Assembly: GCA_963666345.1 (NCBI GenBank) | Contig: OY762721.1 | Location: 3,520,001-3,584,000, forward strand | Direction: 5' to 3' | From: Desulfatiglandales bacterium | Lineage (GTDB): Bacteria > Desulfobacterota > DSM-4660 > Desulfatiglandales > Desulfatiglandaceae | Length of the DNA: 64,000 nt | In this document: one piece after another, positions 20,062 through 30,407 of the stretch | How positions within the stretch are numbered: position 1 is the first letter of the stretch | Layout of the letters: every line of letters starts with the position of its first letter | Translations under genes and position numbers: made by a program | Notes under the pieces: generated by a model | Told to the model about the DNA's origin: nothing | Seen by the model: only the letters and a program-made list of their open reading frames with translations | Databases searched by the model: none

Positions 20062-20786
20062 TTAAAGCAAATAGTCCATGCCCATCTCTTCAAATATCTT
20101 TGCCGACCCCTTCAGGTAGCCCGATGCCTTGTCCGGCCGGCCCGGATTCCAATAGGATCCTCCCATAAAGTAATCCATTCGAAGATCATCGCCGATGGTG
20201 CCCACCAAAACGGAGCCTGAGTTAAGCCCTATGCGCATTTGAAAATCGACGCCGTTTTGGAGCATGATTTTTTCGGCATATGTCCCCATGGCCCGCTGGA
20301 TGGCCAGCGAGGCATAACAGGCTCTCTGAGCATGGTCTTCGAGAGAGAGAAGGGCGCCCAAAAGGGCCGTCCATCGCCTGTAAACTGATTGATGGTGCCT
20401 TCATATTTGTGGATCTCATCCATCAGGATTTTGAAACACCCGTCCATGATCTGAATCACCTGTTCAGGGCCAAGTTTTTCAGAGATACCTGTAAAGTCGG
20501 CCACATCAGCAAAGAGGACCGTCACAAGTTTGTGCTCCCCTTCTATGGAGGCGCGGGTGGTCAGGATTTTGTCGGCCATGAATTTAAGTGTGTAGGATCT
20601 GGGTTGGTCGTAATCGAGAAAAGGGGGGGCAGCGGTTTGATCAATCTTGCGGCCGCATTCACCTAATTTATTTCCTAAGGGGATCTTTGCTCCGCAACCG
20701 GGGCATTCGATCTCCATTCTTGTCCCGCATTCTTCACAAAACTTGACGCCGTCACGATTTTCAGTCTGGCATTTCGGGCATTTCAT
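20062..20786 (-). pseudogene. Adenylate/guanylate cyclase with double zinc ribbon, frameshifted and internally deleted
   Basis: CPKC..FCEECG, VTVLFADVADFT and QFTGDG in one frame; EDHAQRACYA and MRIGLNSG in another; then a short tail. Confidence 0.85.
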
Positions 20787-21256
20787 TTTTCAAACCATCA
20801 ATATCCCGACTCATGGTTTTTCCGCTGAAACTGCGGCCCTGACAGGGGGCAAACCCTTGAAACGTCCTTTAAAAACTCTTGTTTTATACCATAAGGGAAT
20901 CTTTTTTAGAAGGGGGCCGGGTTGGTGGGAAGGGCTGGGGAGGTACGATGAAACCAAAGGGGGACATTGGATCCAAAACGATTTTAAAAAACTGCTTTGC
21001 ACTATTTATAGTCTCGGTATATTTTAACGGCAGTGATAATCTTATTAAGACCCCTCTCTTGTTTTTAAAATGGCATCGGGGTTAAGTCCTGAAACTTGGA
21101 TCAACCCATGGGTTCAGATAAATATCCCTTTTTACATGCATTCCGGCCGACGGGTAAAGAGCAAAATCGATTGGAACGGTACCCTGAACAAAAGGATTCG
21201 GCAGTGATGCCTGTGGTCGGGGGGCATATAGCGTGAGGAAAGATGAATAAGATTTT

Positions 21257-22605
21257 GGTTCATCCGGCAAATGCCGGGGTAATAATATTGGTTGGTGAAT
21301 TTACTGTAAAAAGCCATAGAAAAATCGTCGCCAATGGGTTATCTCGTTTCTGAGCTACGACACTACAGACACGAGAGGAGACCGACAATGGCGACGACAA
21401 GCTTTTTGTATCACACAATGGGCCTTAAAGGCTACCGACACATTCGTACCGAGTATCGTTATGGTGTTGTCTTTTACCATGTAAAACTGAGGAACACCAA
21501 ACGCAGGTGCAGAAGATGCGGTGCCAGGTGGCGTTATCTCAGAAAAGCAGGAAAATTTACCAGGGTTTTTCATGCCTTGCCCATTGGCAGAAAGCCACAG
21601 AAGATAGTGCTTCATGGGCATGAACAATACTGCCGGCATTGTGGACGTATATTGAGGGAACCCATTAAATTTGCCAGAGGGAAAAAGCGTTCTTTGAGAT
21701 GTTTTGATCGATTTATCGTTGATCTGTGCACTATTGCTACCATCAAGGCAGTGGCTGCGTTCCTTGGGGTTGGATGGGATCTGGTTAAAGGCATCTTCAA
21801 GGAAGATCTTAAAAAGCGCTTGAGCAGACGAAAGCTGAGAAGAGTCCGCTACATTGCGGTTGATGAGTTTGCTCTTCGAAAGGGGCATCATTACATGACT
21901 GTGGTCATGGATCTTGAAACCGGACAGATCCTTTATGCTGAGAAGGGCAAGGATGCACAGGCCTTGATCCCTTTTCTCAAAACGCTGCGCAGGAGAAGAA
22001 TAAAACTCATGGCAGTGGCAATGGACATGTCCCCGGCCTACATGAATGCTGTTAAGGAAGTATTCCCCAATGTTGATATCGTACACGATCCTTACCATGT
22101 GGTGGTTAATGTCAACAAGGCTATTGATGAAACCAGGAAAAATATTTACCGCACCATGACAGGCAAGCAGCGTGGCATCATTAAAGGATCGAGGTTTTTG
22201 CTGCTCAGACCGCTAGAGGCTTTAAGTGAGGCCTCACTTTCAAAGCTTTCTGCTATTATGGAAATCAATGAGCCGCTGTATAAAGCATATATACTGAAAG
22301 AAGAACTTCGCTGGTTCTGGAATCTACCGAATGCATGGTTAGGTGAGCAATTCTTGGATAACTGGATCAAGGAAGCATACGAAACAGGTATCAAAAGCTT
22401 CATAAAGCTGGCTGATTCACTGCTGCGACACAAACCAGGTTTGTTATCATATTTTGCTCACCGTATCTCCACTGGTCCACTTGAGGGCCTTAACAACAAA
22501 ATCAAAGTGCTCAAACGACAAGCATATGGTTTCAGAGACAACGAGTATTTTAAACTACGTCTCTACTTCTTACATAATGACACCCCGGCATTTGCCGGAT
22601 GAACC
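21257..22605 (+). mobile_element. ISL3-family insertion sequence
   Basis: Perfect 24-bp IR GGTTCATCCGGCAAATGCCGGGGT (21257-21280 / 22582-22605); 8-bp TSD AAGATTTT (21249-21256 / 22606-22613). Confidence 0.97.
21388..22602 (+). CDS. ISL3 transposase
   Basis: Zn-finger CxxC pairs, IAVDE, AMDMSPAY, HDPYHV, EGLNNKIKVLKRQAYGFR. Confidence 0.95.
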   Translation: MATTSFLYHTMGLKGYRHIRTEYRYGVVFYHVKLRNTKRRCRRCGARWRYLRKAGKFTRVFHALPIGRKPQKIVLHGHEQYCRHCGRILREPIKFARGKKRSLRCFDRFIVDLCTIATIKAVAAFLGVGWDLVKGIFKEDLKKRLSRRKLRRVRYIAVDEFALRKGHHYMTVVMDLETGQILYAEKGKDAQALIPFLKTLRRRRIKLMAVAMDMSPAYMNAVKEVFPNVDIVHDPYHVVVNVNKAIDETRKNIYRTMTGKQRGIIKGSRFLLLRPLEALSEASLSKLSAIMEINEPLYKAYILKEELRWFWNLPNAWLGEQFLDNWIKEAYETGIKSFIKLADSLLRHKPGLLSYFAHRISTGPLEGLNNKIKVLKRQAYGFRDNEYFKLRLYFLHNDTPAFAG

Positions 22606-23299
22606 AAGATTTTTATCCTTCTTATGGTTACTGTTATTCTTGGTCTGTCCGATGTCTCTTATGCTGAGAGTTATTTGCCGGATGAGCCCGGGGTTGAGCG
22701 CCATGAATCCATAGGTAAGCAAATGATCGATTCCTATGCTCAAGCTTTGGGAACCTGGAAGACAGCGGAAGATATTAATAAATGGGTCGGCGGTAGTTTT
22801 ACATACGATAGGAAAAGGGCGATTAAGTTTTCTTCTGCCCGGAAAAACAAGAAAAAGGGGGTCCCGGTTTACGAGCCGTCCGAATTTTTTGTTACAAAGG
22901 CCGGGGTTTGTGTCGATCTTGCTTGTTTTGGCGTTGAAACACTCAAAAAAATTGATCCTCATAGTGATCCGAATTATCTCATGATCAAATTCGTTCCGAT
23001 ACAAATAAATGGACATACGTTTCGATTGCACTGGTTGGTGAGTTTTAAAAAGGATGGCAAGAAATACTTTTTTTGTGACTCAAAACGTCCCGGTTTCCTT
23101 GCAGGTCCCTACGATAGCACTCAGGTCTTCATCAATGAATATGAACAATACAGGGGCCGAAACATTGTCGCGTACCGCGAGTTGAAATCCTACGAAAAGA
23201 AGAGGAAACCAAAATCAGTGAAAGGAAAAAGGCCGGAAGACCGCGCACCTGATTAGATCCGCCGGCTACAAAAAGATTATCCATGATGCAGGAGGTCCT

Positions 23300-23665
23300 A
23301 TGTTCAAAATAATGCAAAACGGCGTGAATCGATTAGATATTGAGCTGAGTGGGAAGTTGGACTCTGAGGAAATGAAAGTTGCACTGGATGAACTTGTCGG
23401 TAAGTCGAAGAATATCGAAAATGGCAGGATGCTGTATAAGATTATTGATTTTCATCTTCCGTCATTAGGTGCAATTGGAATTGAATTTTCCCGCCTTCCT
23501 TCGATGTTCGGACTTATGAGAAAATTCGATCGCGCTGCGGTATTGACTGACAAGACCTGGCTGAAAAAAGCAAGTGAACTTGAGGGGGCTTTATACCCGG
23601 GGCTGGAAATCAAGGCTTTTGGTATGGACCAAAAAGCGGAAGCAGAGGCCTGGTTGTCGAGTTAG
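23300..23665 (+). CDS. STAS/SEC14 (SpoIIAA-like) domain protein
   Basis: SGKLD...RAAVLTDK.W...IKAF....EAEAWL. Confidence 0.85.
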   Translation: MFKIMQNGVNRLDIELSGKLDSEEMKVALDELVGKSKNIENGRMLYKIIDFHLPSLGAIGIEFSRLPSMFGLMRKFDRAAVLTDKTWLKKASELEGALYPGLEIKAFGMDQKAEAEAWLSS

Positions 23666-23781
23666 GGCGATATGGGTCTCTGAAAACAGCTAGCTGAGGG
23701 AAACGGGGTGAGGTCTTGAAACTTGATTCGGCTCGATAGAAGGGGCCTGCCGCTTCATGGTCTTGCAGTCCCGTATTTTTT

Positions 23782-24200
23782 ATGGCTGCCAGGGAAATAC
23801 ATGAGATTGAAATCAAATTTTCACCGGATCAAAAGGTCATGTTGGATTTCGACCCGGCAGAACTATGTGGAGTGGAAACAAAACGGCTAAATGAACAGGC
23901 GCGGCGGAATATCCATGAGTTTTCTGATGATTCCGTATTCCAATTGGCAAAGGAGGAATTTGAAAAAACTTGAAACCGCGGATCGGGGCATCAAGTTCAG
24001 GATGAGGTGGCCGACGGAAGCCTCCGCCGGTTTTTACCGAACATGGCGCCCTGCAGGCTGCGAACCTGTCGAATTCGGAACAGGCCGATAAAATGAGAGT
24101 GTTTATCGTAAGGGCTTTTGTTAGGATGTGTGAAACGGCCTTCAAAAATGAGGTGTTGTCGCACAAGGTAGACCGGTTGGAAAAGCGATTGATTTATATG
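23782..24200 (+). pseudogene. ORF6N domain protein, frameshifted
   Basis: QKVMLD.D.AEL.GVETKRLNEQ.RRN..F..D.VFQL, then in a shifted frame GGRRK.P.VFTEHGALQAAN...IVRAFVRM. Confidence 0.8.
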
Positions 24201-24221
24201 GGGTTCCCCGGGGAGGAATGG

Positions 24222-24785
24222 ATGAAACGGATATCAGTGCTTCTTGTCTTCTTGCTTGCTGCCTGTTCAATGATCGGCTGCGCAGGGATGTCTGGAAATC
24301 AGTGTCTTGAGGCGGACTGGTATGAAATCGGGCGCCAGGACGGAAACCAGGGCAAAGCCCGTGAAGTGTTTCAGAAGCATTATAAGAGATGTCTTGAATA
24401 TGGTGTTCAGGCCCAGAGAGACGCCTATTTCTGCGGCCGGGCCGAGGGCCTGAAACATTATTGCACCTATGACAATGGGCTGAGTCAGGGCAGGAGGGGA
24501 CGGGCCTACCGGTTTGTCTGTCCCGCTTCCCTTGAACCTGATTTTCTGGCTGGTTATGAGAATGGTAAGTTGATCCGCAAATATGAAACTCGAATCCATT
24601 CATTGCAAAGAGATGTCAAGGCCATTGAAAAAAAGATCAAGGCAAAAGAAAAGGAACTGTATGCGTCCCGCACCGCCGGCGCCCGCAGGGCCGTGCTTCG
24701 GTCCGAACTCAAGACCCTGGACATGGAATACAGGGATGCCGTTCGCCGGATCCACCAGCTTGAGGAGGCACTCGCTGATATTTGA
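24222..24785 (+). CDS. DUF2799 family lipoprotein
   Basis: Lipobox IGC, C..ADW..IG..DG..G, G...YCT, VCP; GGAGG RBS. Confidence 0.85.
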   Translation: MKRISVLLVFLLAACSMIGCAGMSGNQCLEADWYEIGRQDGNQGKAREVFQKHYKRCLEYGVQAQRDAYFCGRAEGLKHYCTYDNGLSQGRRGRAYRFVCPASLEPDFLAGYENGKLIRKYETRIHSLQRDVKAIEKKIKAKEKELYASRTAGARRAVLRSELKTLDMEYRDAVRRIHQLEEALADI

Positions 24786-24985
24786 TGCGGCCGGCTGCGT
24801 AAGGTCCTGGAACGTGAACCGGCTTGATGAAGGGGGCGGGGTCAGGTCTGCACATTTGACAGAAGAACATTGATTCGGTTTTAAGATGTCTGAGGAAAAA
24901 CCGGCACGAAGGCTGTTTCAGCGGAATGAAACCAAGGGAAATTGAAAAATGATCTTTTATAATTATAGAATGAAGAGGAAATGAT

Positions 24986-25291
24986 ATGGTTTATGTGATT
25001 GCATCGATACGCGTGAAAAAGGGAAGGCTTCAAGATTTCATTGAGATATTTAAATCCAATGTACCTGACGTTAGAAAAGAGAAAGGATGTATCCGGTATC
25101 TCCCGACGGTAGATATCAACTGCGACTTGCCTCCACAGCTTTTGGACGAAAATGTTGTGACGGTTATTGAGCATTGGGACAGCCCGGACGCTCTGCGCGA
25201 TCATCTTGCTGCTCCTCATATGCTGGGCTACAAGGAAAAGGTCAAGGACATTGTAGCGGATGTCTCTATAAAGGTACTGCAGGAAGCATGA
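24986..25291 (+). CDS. Antibiotic biosynthesis monooxygenase (ABM/YgiN-like)
   Basis: EKGCIRY, IEHWDSPDALRDHLAAPHM. Confidence 0.88.
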   Translation: MVYVIASIRVKKGRLQDFIEIFKSNVPDVRKEKGCIRYLPTVDINCDLPPQLLDENVVTVIEHWDSPDALRDHLAAPHMLGYKEKVKDIVADVSIKVLQEA

Positions 25292-25423
25292 AACATCTGG
25301 CTGAAGCACATAGGGGGGCCGGGTCTTTAACCTTGAACCGGCTCATGATAGCGTGGTATTAGACTTTCTGTAAGCGCCGCCATATCCATTCAGGTATCGA
25401 ATGAACAGACAAAGGAGAAGATC

Positions 25424-25768
25424 GTGATTATTAAAAAACTGAGTGATGTGCCCTTTGCAAAACTTGAGGGGTATGAGAAGGTGAAAAAGCAGATCGTAAT
25501 AGGGCCGGAAGACGGATCCGAGGAAATAGTAATGCGTTATTTCAGCCTCGAGCCGGGGGGGTCGAGCCCGCATCATACCCATGATTTCCCTCATCTGGTA
25601 AAAGTCGAGGCGGGAAACGGGGTTGTTTCCGATGAGGCGGGAAATGAACATGAGCTTAAAGCTGGCGATTTCGTCTATGTAAACGGCAGTGAGCTTCACC
25701 AGTTCAGAAACGCCGGGTCGGCTTCGTTTGAATTTGTCTGCATTGTTCCGAAAAGAGGGGAGGGTTGA
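25424..25768 (+). CDS. Cupin domain protein
   Basis: PGGSSPHHTH, GDFVYV, HQFRN. Confidence 0.88.
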   Translation: MIIKKLSDVPFAKLEGYEKVKKQIVIGPEDGSEEIVMRYFSLEPGGSSPHHTHDFPHLVKVEAGNGVVSDEAGNEHELKAGDFVYVNGSELHQFRNAGSASFEFVCIVPKRGEG

Positions 25769-25891
25769 TATCATCGCCTGAACCTTGTCGGACACTGAAA
25801 CATTAAGGTGGAATGTTCATTCAGAGCATGCCGGGCCCAGTCATTTAAGGATTATCTCAGATGAATCTTTGAGACATTACACCCATATCTT

Positions 25892-26947
25892 TTGATCGGG
25901 CGTGAACCAATGGGCAATAGGGCCTCAATCAATAACAACAAAGGCTTGTTAGGCGGGGGTCCTTTTTATCTCCGGTCCATCCTGAACGGCATCGCCATGG
26001 TTTTTTCATGCATCCTGCTCAGTGTCGGTTGCGGCACACAAACGGCAAAAGACACGATCCTTATGCAAAGTCAGTCAAAAGAGCTCACAGAGACGTTTTT
26101 TCATGAAGGTATAAGGCGGAGCTATCATATTCATCTGCCGCCCGGTTTCAGAAGCGACAGGCCGTCTCCTCTGGTGCTTGCCCTGCACGGAGGGGGCGGT
26201 CAGGGGAGAAGGTTCGACAGGTCCATCACAAGGGGCACCCTCGTGGCAGCAGCGGACAGCCGGGGTGTCGTCCTTGTATTTCCCGAGGCTGTAAAGAGCC
26301 ATTGGTTCGACGGCCGGGCCGAGATTCTCGAGACGGAAAGGGGATACGATGACGCAGGTTTTATCTCCGTCGTCATAGATCGTATGGTGAAAAACTACGG
26401 CATCGATTCCGGGCGTCTATATGCCACAGGCATTTCAAACGGCGGCTTTATGTCGATACGCCTGGCCATGGATTTTTCCGAAAAGATCGCGGCGGTCGCC
26501 CCTGTTGCCGCGCAACTTTCAATGGTCCTTAAGGACAAGACACCCAGGTTTCCGATTTCGATCATGATTATAAACGGGACTATGGACCCGCTCGTTCCTT
26601 TTGACGGTGGTCACATCGGGCTGGCCGGGTTCGGCCGCAGCCGCGGAGAGATTATGTCGACTGCCGAAACGGTTGAACATTTCCGCCTTCACAACGGATG
26701 TGACCGGACGCCTGAGATGCGCAGGATTCCGAACAGGGCCCCGGACGACGGGACGGACGCCTGGGTTGAAAAGTATGCAAACGGCAGGGACGGAACCGAG
26801 GCGATTCTGGTCAGGGTCAAAGGCGGAGGCCACAGCTGGCCCGGCGGAGGGCAATATTTCAGGCCGAAGATCATTGGCGCCGTGTGCCGGGATTTCAACG
26901 CAAGTGAAATGATCCTTGAGTTTTTTCTCAGGCATAAGAGGCCTTAG
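25892..26947 (+). CDS. PHB-depolymerase/LpqC-like esterase (probable lipoprotein; true start probably downstream)
   Basis: LALHGGGG, GISNGG nucleophile elbow, GTMDPLVP, GGGHSWPG. Confidence 0.85.
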   Translation: MIGREPMGNRASINNNKGLLGGGPFYLRSILNGIAMVFSCILLSVGCGTQTAKDTILMQSQSKELTETFFHEGIRRSYHIHLPPGFRSDRPSPLVLALHGGGGQGRRFDRSITRGTLVAAADSRGVVLVFPEAVKSHWFDGRAEILETERGYDDAGFISVVIDRMVKNYGIDSGRLYATGISNGGFMSIRLAMDFSEKIAAVAPVAAQLSMVLKDKTPRFPISIMIINGTMDPLVPFDGGHIGLAGFGRSRGEIMSTAETVEHFRLHNGCDRTPEMRRIPNRAPDDGTDAWVEKYANGRDGTEAILVRVKGGGHSWPGGGQYFRPKIIGAVCRDFNASEMILEFFLRHKRP

Positions 26948-27121
26948 AAATACCTTTCCGTCTGTTTGTCTTTTCTTCCCTTTCCTTGCGTTAAGCTCCC
27001 CATGCCGCAGGCATCATCGAGGGACCGGGGGGGAGAAAAGAGATTGACAACAAAGGCCTGAGATAATAGAAATCTGGTGATAACAGGGTATTGGGATAAC
27101 CAAAAAAAGGGTGCTAAACAT

Positions 27122-28186
27122 ATGGTCAATCAGAATGAAATGGGCAAGTACGCAGAGGCCGGAGTTGACATAGACGCCGGTAATCGTTTTGTAAAGATGA
27201 TAAAGCCTATCGTGAGCAAGACCTTCAAGACCGGCGTGATTACCGAACTCGGCGGTTTTGCCGGCCTTTTTTCGCTCAACGTGCAGCATATGAAAAATCC
27301 GGTGCTTGTAAGCTCAACCGACGGGGTGGGTACAAAGCTTAAGGTCGCGTTCATGATGGACAAGCATGACACCATAGGCATCGATCTTGTTGCCATGTGC
27401 GTGAACGACATAATGGTCCAGGGATCGACCCCGCTTTTCTTTCTGGATTATCTTTCCATGGGTAAGCTCGACGTGGATAAGGCACAGGAGATCGTAACCG
27501 GGATAGCGGTAGGTTGTCTTGAGGCACAGTGTTCTCTTATAGGAGGAGAGACAGCCGAGATGGCGGGCTTCTATGCGGAAGGCGAGTATGATCTGGCCGG
27601 ATTTGTGGTAGGGATAGTAGACAATGAAGCCCTGCTGGACGGCTCCGAGATCGCGGTGGGGCATAAACTGATAGGCATAGGATCGAGCGGCCTTCACAGC
27701 AACGGTTATTCCTTGGTTCGAAAGATCTTTTTCGAAGGCCTAAAGATGTCCGTGAGCGATTATGTCGAGGATTTCGGAAGGAGCCTGGGGGAGGAAATCC
27801 TGGAGCCCACCCGCATATATACCCAGACGGTAAACAACCTGAGAAGGGATTTTCAGATATACGGGATTACGCATATAACAGGGGGGGGATTGATCGATAA
27901 CCCGCCCCGTATGCTGCCGAAAAGATGCAAGGCGGTTATAGATACCTCAAGCTGGACCCCGCACCCGGTATTCTCCTACATTCAGAAGGCGGGAAAGATA
28001 TCCGACCGGGAGATGATGAAAACCTTTAACAACGGACTGGGGCTCCTTATCGTGGTAAGCGAGGATGACGCAGGCGAGGTACTCTTAAGACTCAAGGCTA
28101 TGGGGGAGACCGCCTATCTGGTCGGAACGGTCGAGGCCAGGGAAGAAGGCGAGGATGCCGTTGAGTTCACTGAGGCACCTTGTTAG
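27122..28186 (+). CDS. purM: Phosphoribosylformylglycinamidine cyclo-ligase
   Basis: YAEAGVDI, TDGVGTK, GGETAEM, SSGLHSNGYSL, HITGGG. Confidence 0.97.
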   Translation: MVNQNEMGKYAEAGVDIDAGNRFVKMIKPIVSKTFKTGVITELGGFAGLFSLNVQHMKNPVLVSSTDGVGTKLKVAFMMDKHDTIGIDLVAMCVNDIMVQGSTPLFFLDYLSMGKLDVDKAQEIVTGIAVGCLEAQCSLIGGETAEMAGFYAEGEYDLAGFVVGIVDNEALLDGSEIAVGHKLIGIGSSGLHSNGYSLVRKIFFEGLKMSVSDYVEDFGRSLGEEILEPTRIYTQTVNNLRRDFQIYGITHITGGGLIDNPPRMLPKRCKAVIDTSSWTPHPVFSYIQKAGKISDREMMKTFNNGLGLLIVVSEDDAGEVLLRLKAMGETAYLVGTVEAREEGEDAVEFTEAPC

Positions 28187-28743
28187 GAAACAGGCCCCTG
28201 ATAATGGTAAGCGCATGCCTGATGGGAGTAAACTGCAGGTATGACGGAAGGCATTCGGCATGCAGGGAGTTGCTTGATCTGGCCGGCAGCCTCTTTCTGG
28301 TACCTTTCTGCCCCGAGCAGCTTGGAGGGCTTCCCACACCGAGACCTGCGGCAAACATAACCGGTGGCGACGGCTCCGATATAGCAGCCGGAAGGGGCAG
28401 GATAGTTAATCTGGAAGGACTTGATGTGACAGGGGCCTTTTTGAGGGGGGCTCAAGAGTCGGTGCGTCTTGCCGAGCTTTACGGGGTCAGGGTTTGCATA
28501 ATGAAAGACAAAAGCCCTTCCTGTGGTTTCAGAACCCCCTACTGCGAAACTGTTTCAGGATTTGGAATAGGGGTCACCGCGTCGGTTTTCCGTTCCCGGC
28601 GTATCAGGATGGTCGAGGTTGGAAGAAAGGACCCCTTTCCCGGCGGGCGTATCCTGAGGGCGCTTAAAGAGTCGGGCTACGGGGTAGAGGCGCTTGCAGG
28701 ACTCATGAAAGATGCCGGGTACCATGGAGGTGCCCTTTCATAA
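28180..28743 (+). CDS. DUF523 family (2-thiouracil desulfurase-like) protein
   Basis: VSACLMGVNCRYDG, CPEQLGGL.TPR, KSPSCG. Confidence 0.9.
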   Translation: MLGNRPLIMVSACLMGVNCRYDGRHSACRELLDLAGSLFLVPFCPEQLGGLPTPRPAANITGGDGSDIAAGRGRIVNLEGLDVTGAFLRGAQESVRLAELYGVRVCIMKDKSPSCGFRTPYCETVSGFGIGVTASVFRSRRIRMVEVGRKDPFPGGRILRALKESGYGVEALAGLMKDAGYHGGALS

Positions 28744-28782
28744 TCACGCGGTATATTCTCAATCAGGTTTAAGGAGGACGCG

Positions 28783-29094
28783 ATGTTCGGTTTGGGTCAC
28801 ACGGAGCTTCTGGTAATAGGACTTATCGTATTTCTCATTTTCGGTGCAAAGAGGCTCCCCGAGATCGGAAAGGGCCTCGGCGGGGCAATAAGGGAGTTTA
28901 AGTCGATCAAAAAGGCGGCCCCTTCAAAAGAGGTGCCTGACGGCGGGTACGAGGGAAAAAAGGTTGAAGACAAGAAGGAATCCTTTGATCTGGAATCCAA
29001 GGTCGTGAACAGTGTGGTCAACCAGATGCCCGGCGTAAAAAAGGTGATGTCTGTAAAGGATAAGGCTGAAAAGATATCCCGGATAATAAAATAG
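28783..29094 (+). CDS. tatA: Twin-arginine translocase TatA/E
   Basis: MFGLG..EL...[22 protein letters not shown]. Confidence 0.92.
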   Translation: MFGLGHTELLVIGLIVFLIFGAKRLPEIGKGLGGAIREFKSIKKAAPSKEVPDGGYEGKKVEDKKESFDLESKVVNSVVNQMPGVKKVMSVKDKAEKISRIIK

Positions 29095-29198
29095 ACCGAT
29101 AAATTATTGAAACTGAAATACTCAGCTATTTCGGCCCTGGTTGTCCTCGGGATAACAGGGCCTTTTTGAATTTTGACTTTTTTACGGATACATTCAAT

Positions 29199-29648
29199 AT
29201 GGCTGTAACGCAATGCGAACTGCCCGACTGTAATCCTCCCTCCCTGGAGGTGGTCGATCTTCTTGCCGGATGCAGGAAGATCGCCGTTGTAGGGATTTCT
29301 CCGAAAGAGACCAGGGACAGTAACCGGGTCGCCAGGTATCTGATTGAAAAGGGCTACGATATTACCCCCGTTAACCCGGGACAGAAGGAGATCCTCGGAA
29401 GACCCTGCTTCAGGACCCTTTCCGATATACCCTTTAAGGTGGACATGGCAGACCTGTTTTTGAAACCTTCCAGGGTGCCGGCCGTGGTGGAGCAGGCCAT
29501 AGAGATGGGTGTGCGTTGTATCTGGATGCAGCTGGGAGTGGTAAACAACGAAGCCGCCGTCAAGGCGAGGGCCGCCGGCATCACGGTTGTGATGAATATG
29601 TGCATCATGAGAGAGCATATGAAACTGCCGCAGACGGTTTCCGGCTGA
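29199..29648 (+). CDS. CoA-binding protein (YccU-like)
   Basis: IAVVGIS, PVNP, WMQLG. Confidence 0.88.
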   Translation: MAVTQCELPDCNPPSLEVVDLLAGCRKIAVVGISPKETRDSNRVARYLIEKGYDITPVNPGQKEILGRPCFRTLSDIPFKVDMADLFLKPSRVPAVVEQAIEMGVRCIWMQLGVVNNEAAVKARAAGITVVMNMCIMREHMKLPQTVSG

Positions 29649-29665
29649 AATCCAGGGAGATTGAT

Positions 29666-30358
29666 TTGATAGGTACCATAGTAAATTCCGCCGCCATAGT
29701 GGCGGGAAGTATAGCGGGGTTTCTCATAAAGGGAGGTCTTCCAAAGAGATACAATGACACCGTGGCGAACGCCATAGGCCTTGTTGTCATAGTTGTAGGG
29801 CTTATGGGGGCGATAAAGACCAATGATATCCTGCTTGTCGCAATCAGCCTGGCGGTGGGAAGTTTTATAGGCGAATTCTTCAGGATCGAAGATCGGCTGA
29901 AGGGTATCGGCAATTTTCTTGAAAAGAGATTCTCAAAGGGAGGAGATGGCGGTTTTTCAAAGGGCTTTTTTACCGCAAGCCTATTATTCTGTGTGGGGGC
30001 CATGGCTGTGGTGGGTTCGCTTGAAAGCGGATTGACCGGAAATCATCATACCCTGTTCACAAAATCCGTGCTTGACGGGACCTTTTCCATCCTGCTCACC
30101 TCTGCATTCGGCATCGGGGTTATATTTTCTTCTGTCTCAGTGTTTCTTTACCAGGGCCTCATCACGCTCGGGGCATCCATGATCAAGGATTTTCTTACTC
30201 CTCAGGTGATAAACGAGATGTCGGCTGTAGGGGGCATCCTGATAATGGCAATAGGGTTTAACACCCTGGAGATAAAAAAAATAATGGTAGGCAATATGCT
30301 GCCCGCCATCTTTCTTCCTCTCATCTATTTTATTATAAGGCAATTTCTGGGCATCTGA
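29666..30358 (+). CDS. DUF554 membrane protein
   Basis: GTIVN, LLFCVGAM, KSVLDG, YQG, NMLPA; TTG start inferred. Confidence 0.88.
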   Translation: MIGTIVNSAAIVAGSIAGFLIKGGLPKRYNDTVANAIGLVVIVVGLMGAIKTNDILLVAISLAVGSFIGEFFRIEDRLKGIGNFLEKRFSKGGDGGFSKGFFTASLLFCVGAMAVVGSLESGLTGNHHTLFTKSVLDGTFSILLTSAFGIGVIFSSVSVFLYQGLITLGASMIKDFLTPQVINEMSAVGGILIMAIGFNTLEIKKIMVGNMLPAIFLPLIYFIIRQFLGI

Positions 30359-30407
30359 TCCCCGGTCGGGATAACCGTCTCTTAAAAATTATAGGGAGGT
30401 ATCAGAC

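Larger units (their letters stand above)
21243..23256 (+). pseudogene. Secreted transglutaminase-like protein interrupted by ISL3 (remaining ORF 22624-23256)
   Basis: Removing the IS restores MNKIFILLMVTVILG...; GVCVDLA..HW..D resembles a Cys-His-Asp triad. Confidence 0.75.
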
